From: Clostridia bacterium
Lineage (GTDB): Bacteria > Bacillota > Clostridia > Oscillospirales > CAG-272
Length of the DNA stretch: 56,061 nucleotides
NCBI GenBank assembly: GCA_017454465.1
Contig: JAFTCY010000139.1
Coordinates: 1-56,061 of the forward strand
Direction: 5' to 3'
Shown: piece by piece, positions 53,504-56,061 of the stretch
How the letters are laid out: each line of letters starts with the position of its first letter
Numbering within the stretch: the first letter of the stretch is position 1
Made by a program: the position numbers and the translations under genes
Notes under the pieces: model-generated
Databases searched by the model: none
Told to the model about the DNA's origin: nothing
What the model saw: only the letters and a program-made list of their open reading frames with translations

Positions 53504-54682
53504 TTGAAAACAGCCCTTATAACCGGAGCCGGCAACATCGGACGCGGATTCATAGGCCAGATAATGTATGAAGCCGGATACCGGGTATGTTTCCTCGACG
53601 TGGTGGAGAACATGGTGAATTCCCTCAACGAGGCAGGGGAATACCCCCTTGACATCGTATCCTCAAAGGGAGTCACGAGAAAAATGATCAGAAACGTGTC
53701 GGCAGTGAACGGGAACGACCGGGCGGCCGCGGCAAGAGCCATTGCCGACTGCTCCATCCTCGTCACATGCGTAGGCGCGAAAGCCATAAAATACACTATC
53801 CCGAACCTGGTAGCCGGGATAAAACTCAGATATTCGGAGAACAAAGGTCCTCTCAATCTTCTCATATGCGAGAACCTGATGGACGCCGACAAATACATCA
53901 GGGGACTCCTGGAGCCCGAGCTGACCGCGGAAGAGCTGGGATCGGTGGGCCTGATCGAGACCTCCGTGGGAAGGATGGTCCCCCTGCCGGACAAGGCGCT
54001 GCTTGAAAAAGAGCCCCTGCTGGTAAGAGCCGAGGCCTATCCTGTACTGCCATGCGACAGGGACGCCTTCGTTGGAGAGATCCCGGAGATCGGCAATGTG
54101 ATACCCGTATCTCCCTTCAGATTCATTATAGAAAGAAAACTGTATATACACAACATGGGGCACGCGGTGACGGCCTACCTCGGAAAATACAAGGGATACA
54201 CATATATCTGGGAAGCCATCTCGGATCCCGAGATAAGAGTAGTCACAAGAGAGGCCATGACGGAGTCGGCAGCGGCTCTTTCAAAGAAATATGACAAGCC
54301 TCTTTCCGAGATACTGCTCCATACAGACGACCTTATACGCCGGTTCGGAAATACCGCCCTGGGCGACACCTGCGAAAGAGTTGGAGCCGATGTCCCGAGA
54401 AAGATGGCCAACAGCGACAGGCTGACGGGAGCTTCCCTCAATGTCGCCGGAACAGGCGGGCATCCGGTATATATCTCCATCGGAGCGGCAGCTGCCCTGT
54501 TCTCATACGCTCCCGATTCCGCCCCCTCAGAAACGCTGAAAGAGCTTTCGGGAGTATGCGACGGTGAGTATCACGATCTTGTGGTGCGCTTCTTCGATAT
54601 GATGAAAAAAGGCGCCGGAGTTCCCGAGCTCATTGCCGAAGCCGACAGCTGCCTGTCCTCGATCTATACAAACGTGATCTGA
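53504..54682 (+). CDS. mtlD: mannitol-1-phosphate 5-dehydrogenase-like (long-chain mannitol dehydrogenase family)
   Basis: ...ALITGAGNIGRGFIGQ...GY.V.F.DV... and ...IERKLYIHNMGHAVTAYLG... parallel Bacillus MtlD as I remember it. A TTG start at 53504 after GAAGGCGG avoids overlap with pfkB; the track ATG at 53411 lies inside pfkB. Confidence 0.75.
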   Translation: MKTALITGAGNIGRGFIGQIMYEAGYRVCFLDVVENMVNSLNEAGEYPLDIVSSKGVTRKMIRNVSAVNGNDRAAAARAIADCSILVTCVGAKAIKYTIPNLVAGIKLRYSENKGPLNLLICENLMDADKYIRGLLEPELTAEELGSVGLIETSVGRMVPLPDKALLEKEPLLVRAEAYPVLPCDRDAFVGEIPEIGNVIPVSPFRFIIERKLYIHNMGHAVTAYLGKYKGYTYIWEAISDPEIRVVTREAMTESAAALSKKYDKPLSEILLHTDDLIRRFGNTALGDTCERVGADVPRKMANSDRLTGASLNVAGTGGHPVYISIGAAAALFSYAPDSAPSETLKELSGVCDGEYHDLVVRFFDMMKKGAGVPELIAEADSCLSSIYTNVI

Positions 54683-54683
54683 C

Positions 54684-55328
54684 ATGGAATACGAAAAGAT
54701 CGATCTTGACACCTGGGAAAGAAAAGACTCCTTTCTCTTCTACTCAAAGATCTCCCATCCCTTCTATGTCTGCGCATTCCGTCAGGACGTGACAGGCGTA
54801 TATGCTTTCGCCAAACGCCACGGGGTATCCTTCTATTACTCCCTGGTCTGGGCATGCACCATGGCGCTGAATGATATCGACGCCTTCAGGACTGTCATCG
54901 TGGACGGGGTGCCCTGCAGAATCGCCTGCCGCCATCCCAGCTTCACGGACCTCAGGAAAGGGTCGGAGCAGTTCCATATCGTGACCATGAAATATGACAG
55001 AGATCCCCTGCGGTTCGCTGAGCTCGCGAAAAAGACCAGCCTGGCCCAGAAGACATTCATTGAGCAGGATGAGGAATCGGAGGACCTTGTGTATTTTACA
55101 TGCCTCCCCTGGATAGACATGACCGCACTCACCAATGAGCGGGATATAAAGGAAGGCTACGCGAACTCAAGCATACCCCAGATAGCGTGGGGAAAGTATA
55201 CCGAGGAAAACGGCAGAAAGACCCTCGGCATGTCGATGGAAGTAAACCACAGATTCATAGACGGACTCAATATCGGAAGGTTTTCCGAGAAACTCGCAGA
55301 ATACATCTCTATCCTCGAAAATTCATGA
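54684..55328 (+). CDS. chloramphenicol acetyltransferase (CAT, type A)-family acetyltransferase
   Basis: N-terminus ...IDLDTWERKDSFLFY... and C-terminal ...SMEVNHRFIDGLNIGRF... parallel CAT (..HHAVCDGFH..). It starts 1 nt after the mtlD-like stop. Confidence 0.75.
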   Translation: MEYEKIDLDTWERKDSFLFYSKISHPFYVCAFRQDVTGVYAFAKRHGVSFYYSLVWACTMALNDIDAFRTVIVDGVPCRIACRHPSFTDLRKGSEQFHIVTMKYDRDPLRFAELAKKTSLAQKTFIEQDEESEDLVYFTCLPWIDMTALTNERDIKEGYANSSIPQIAWGKYTEENGRKTLGMSMEVNHRFIDGLNIGRFSEKLAEYISILENS

Positions 55329-55362
55329 CACGGATCCGAAAGGAAAAGAAGTTTTGAAGAGA

Positions 55363-56061
55363 ATGATCAACAGAAAATACCCGGGGCCGGGCATCCTTGC
55401 CCTTTGCCTCGCTGTGATGATGATCCTGCCGGTCACGGTATATGCCGCGTTCCCGGACTGCGAAGACCACTGGGCCTCGGAGGCCGTTGAATACTGGAGC
55501 AACCCGGACGGCAGCGGCCGGGAACAGATCCTCACCGGGTATCCCGACGGAAATTTCCGTCCTGACAAAAGCATAACCAGAGCCGAGGCCGCGGTCATAA
55601 TGGCAAGGCTCCTGGGCCTTCAGGCAGAGGAGCGTCTTCCCTCGTTCTATGACGTACCAATGGACCACTGGGCGTACAGCGCGGTGGAAGCATGCAGGAG
55701 TTTCGGGCTCATAACCGGTTTTGAAGGAAAGTTCAGGCCGGAGGACAGGATCACAAGGCAGGAAGCCGTGACGATCCTCATGAGAGCCTGCGATCTGCCG
55801 GAAGACTCCGGTTCGGAAACCGCCCTGGACTCCGTCTCCGACAAGGACGATATCGCGGCCTGGGCAAGAGAATCCTTCTCTGTCCTGCTGGGTCAGGACG
55901 TGCTGTCAGGGTTCCCCGACGGGACATTAAAACCTTTCGGACCCACCAGCCGTGCCGAGTTCTCCACCATGATGATGAAGATCGACAGGATAGGCCTGTG
56001 GCAGGATTTCACTTTTCCCGTAAAGCAGCTTGAGATAACCTCCCAGGGAACCGGGGACATA
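55363..56061 (+). CDS. SLH-domain cell-surface protein (N-terminal part; continues beyond window)
   Basis: Hand translation gives MINRKYPGPGILALCLAVMMILPVTVYA (signal), then three SLH repeats (FPDCEDHWASEAVEYW..., FYDVPMDHWAYSAVEAC..., ...DIAAWARESFSVLL...). It is open to the window end; an alternative TTG start lies at 55354. Confidence 0.8.
   Translation, partial: MINRKYPGPGILALCLAVMMILPVTVYAAFPDCEDHWASEAVEYWSNPDGSGREQILTGYPDGNFRPDKSITRAEAAVIMARLLGLQAEERLPSFYDVPMDHWAYSAVEACRSFGLITGFEGKFRPEDRITRQEAVTILMRACDLPEDSGSETALDSVSDKDDIAAWARESFSVLLGQDVLSGFPDGTLKPFGPTSRAEFSTMMMKIDRIGLWQDFTFPVKQLEITSQGTGDI

Noticed and set aside
54684-55328. CAT-family gene as an acquired chloramphenicol-resistance determinant
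   Set aside because: There is no mobile-element context. It is translationally coupled to metabolic genes and its active-site region is divergent. I kept it as a finding about function, not as an AMR call.
1-56061. CRISPR arrays, rRNA/tRNA genes, IS elements, integrases, prophage or plasmid genes
   Set aside because: None were seen. All intergenic regions are 333 bp or shorter, and I found no spaced direct-repeat arrays, transposase/integrase-like ORFs or terminal inverted repeats by eye. A computational scan (tRNAscan-SE, Infernal, ISEScan) would be needed to exclude small RNAs.

Overview
This is a 56-kb chromosomal window, moderately GC-rich by eye (not computed). Gene content fits a spore-forming, S-layer-bearing Clostridia genome, possibly Oscillospiraceae/Ruminococcaceae-like; that placement is inference from ytfJ/DUF2953, scpAB synteny and three SLH-domain proteins. 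I call about 49 densely packed CDS, mostly housekeeping: lon-engB-lysA-scpAB-ytfJ-rluB on the plus strand, glyQS-rsmA-rimM-trmD on the minus strand, plus queH, ilvE, fumC, nnr, gpmA and udg. Cell-envelope and glycan genes are interspersed: GH29 fucosidase with an SLH-anchored GH3, an SLH transglutaminase-like protein, CapD-like, VanZ, an AP-superfamily/LamG protein and an M48 protease. I found no rRNA, tRNA, CRISPR array, transposase, integrase or prophage genes. Many intergenic regions carry near-consensus sigma-70-type promoters (TTGACA/TTGCAA-17-TATAAT) and clear hairpin-plus-T-run terminators, which allow a provisional transcription-unit map. The best candidate for an undescribed system is a tightly coupled five-gene minus-strand operon (13783-21752). 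It combines two MalF/MalG-type sugar-importer permeases with an HlyD-type membrane-fusion protein carrying a roughly 400-aa coiled coil, a two-TM protein resembling only the extracytoplasmic domain of MacB/FtsX permeases, and a 936-aa lipoprotein whose C-terminal half looks like a solute-binding protein. No ABC ATPase is visible anywhere in the window. All product calls come from motif and family recognition by eye on the supplied translations; no database search was run.
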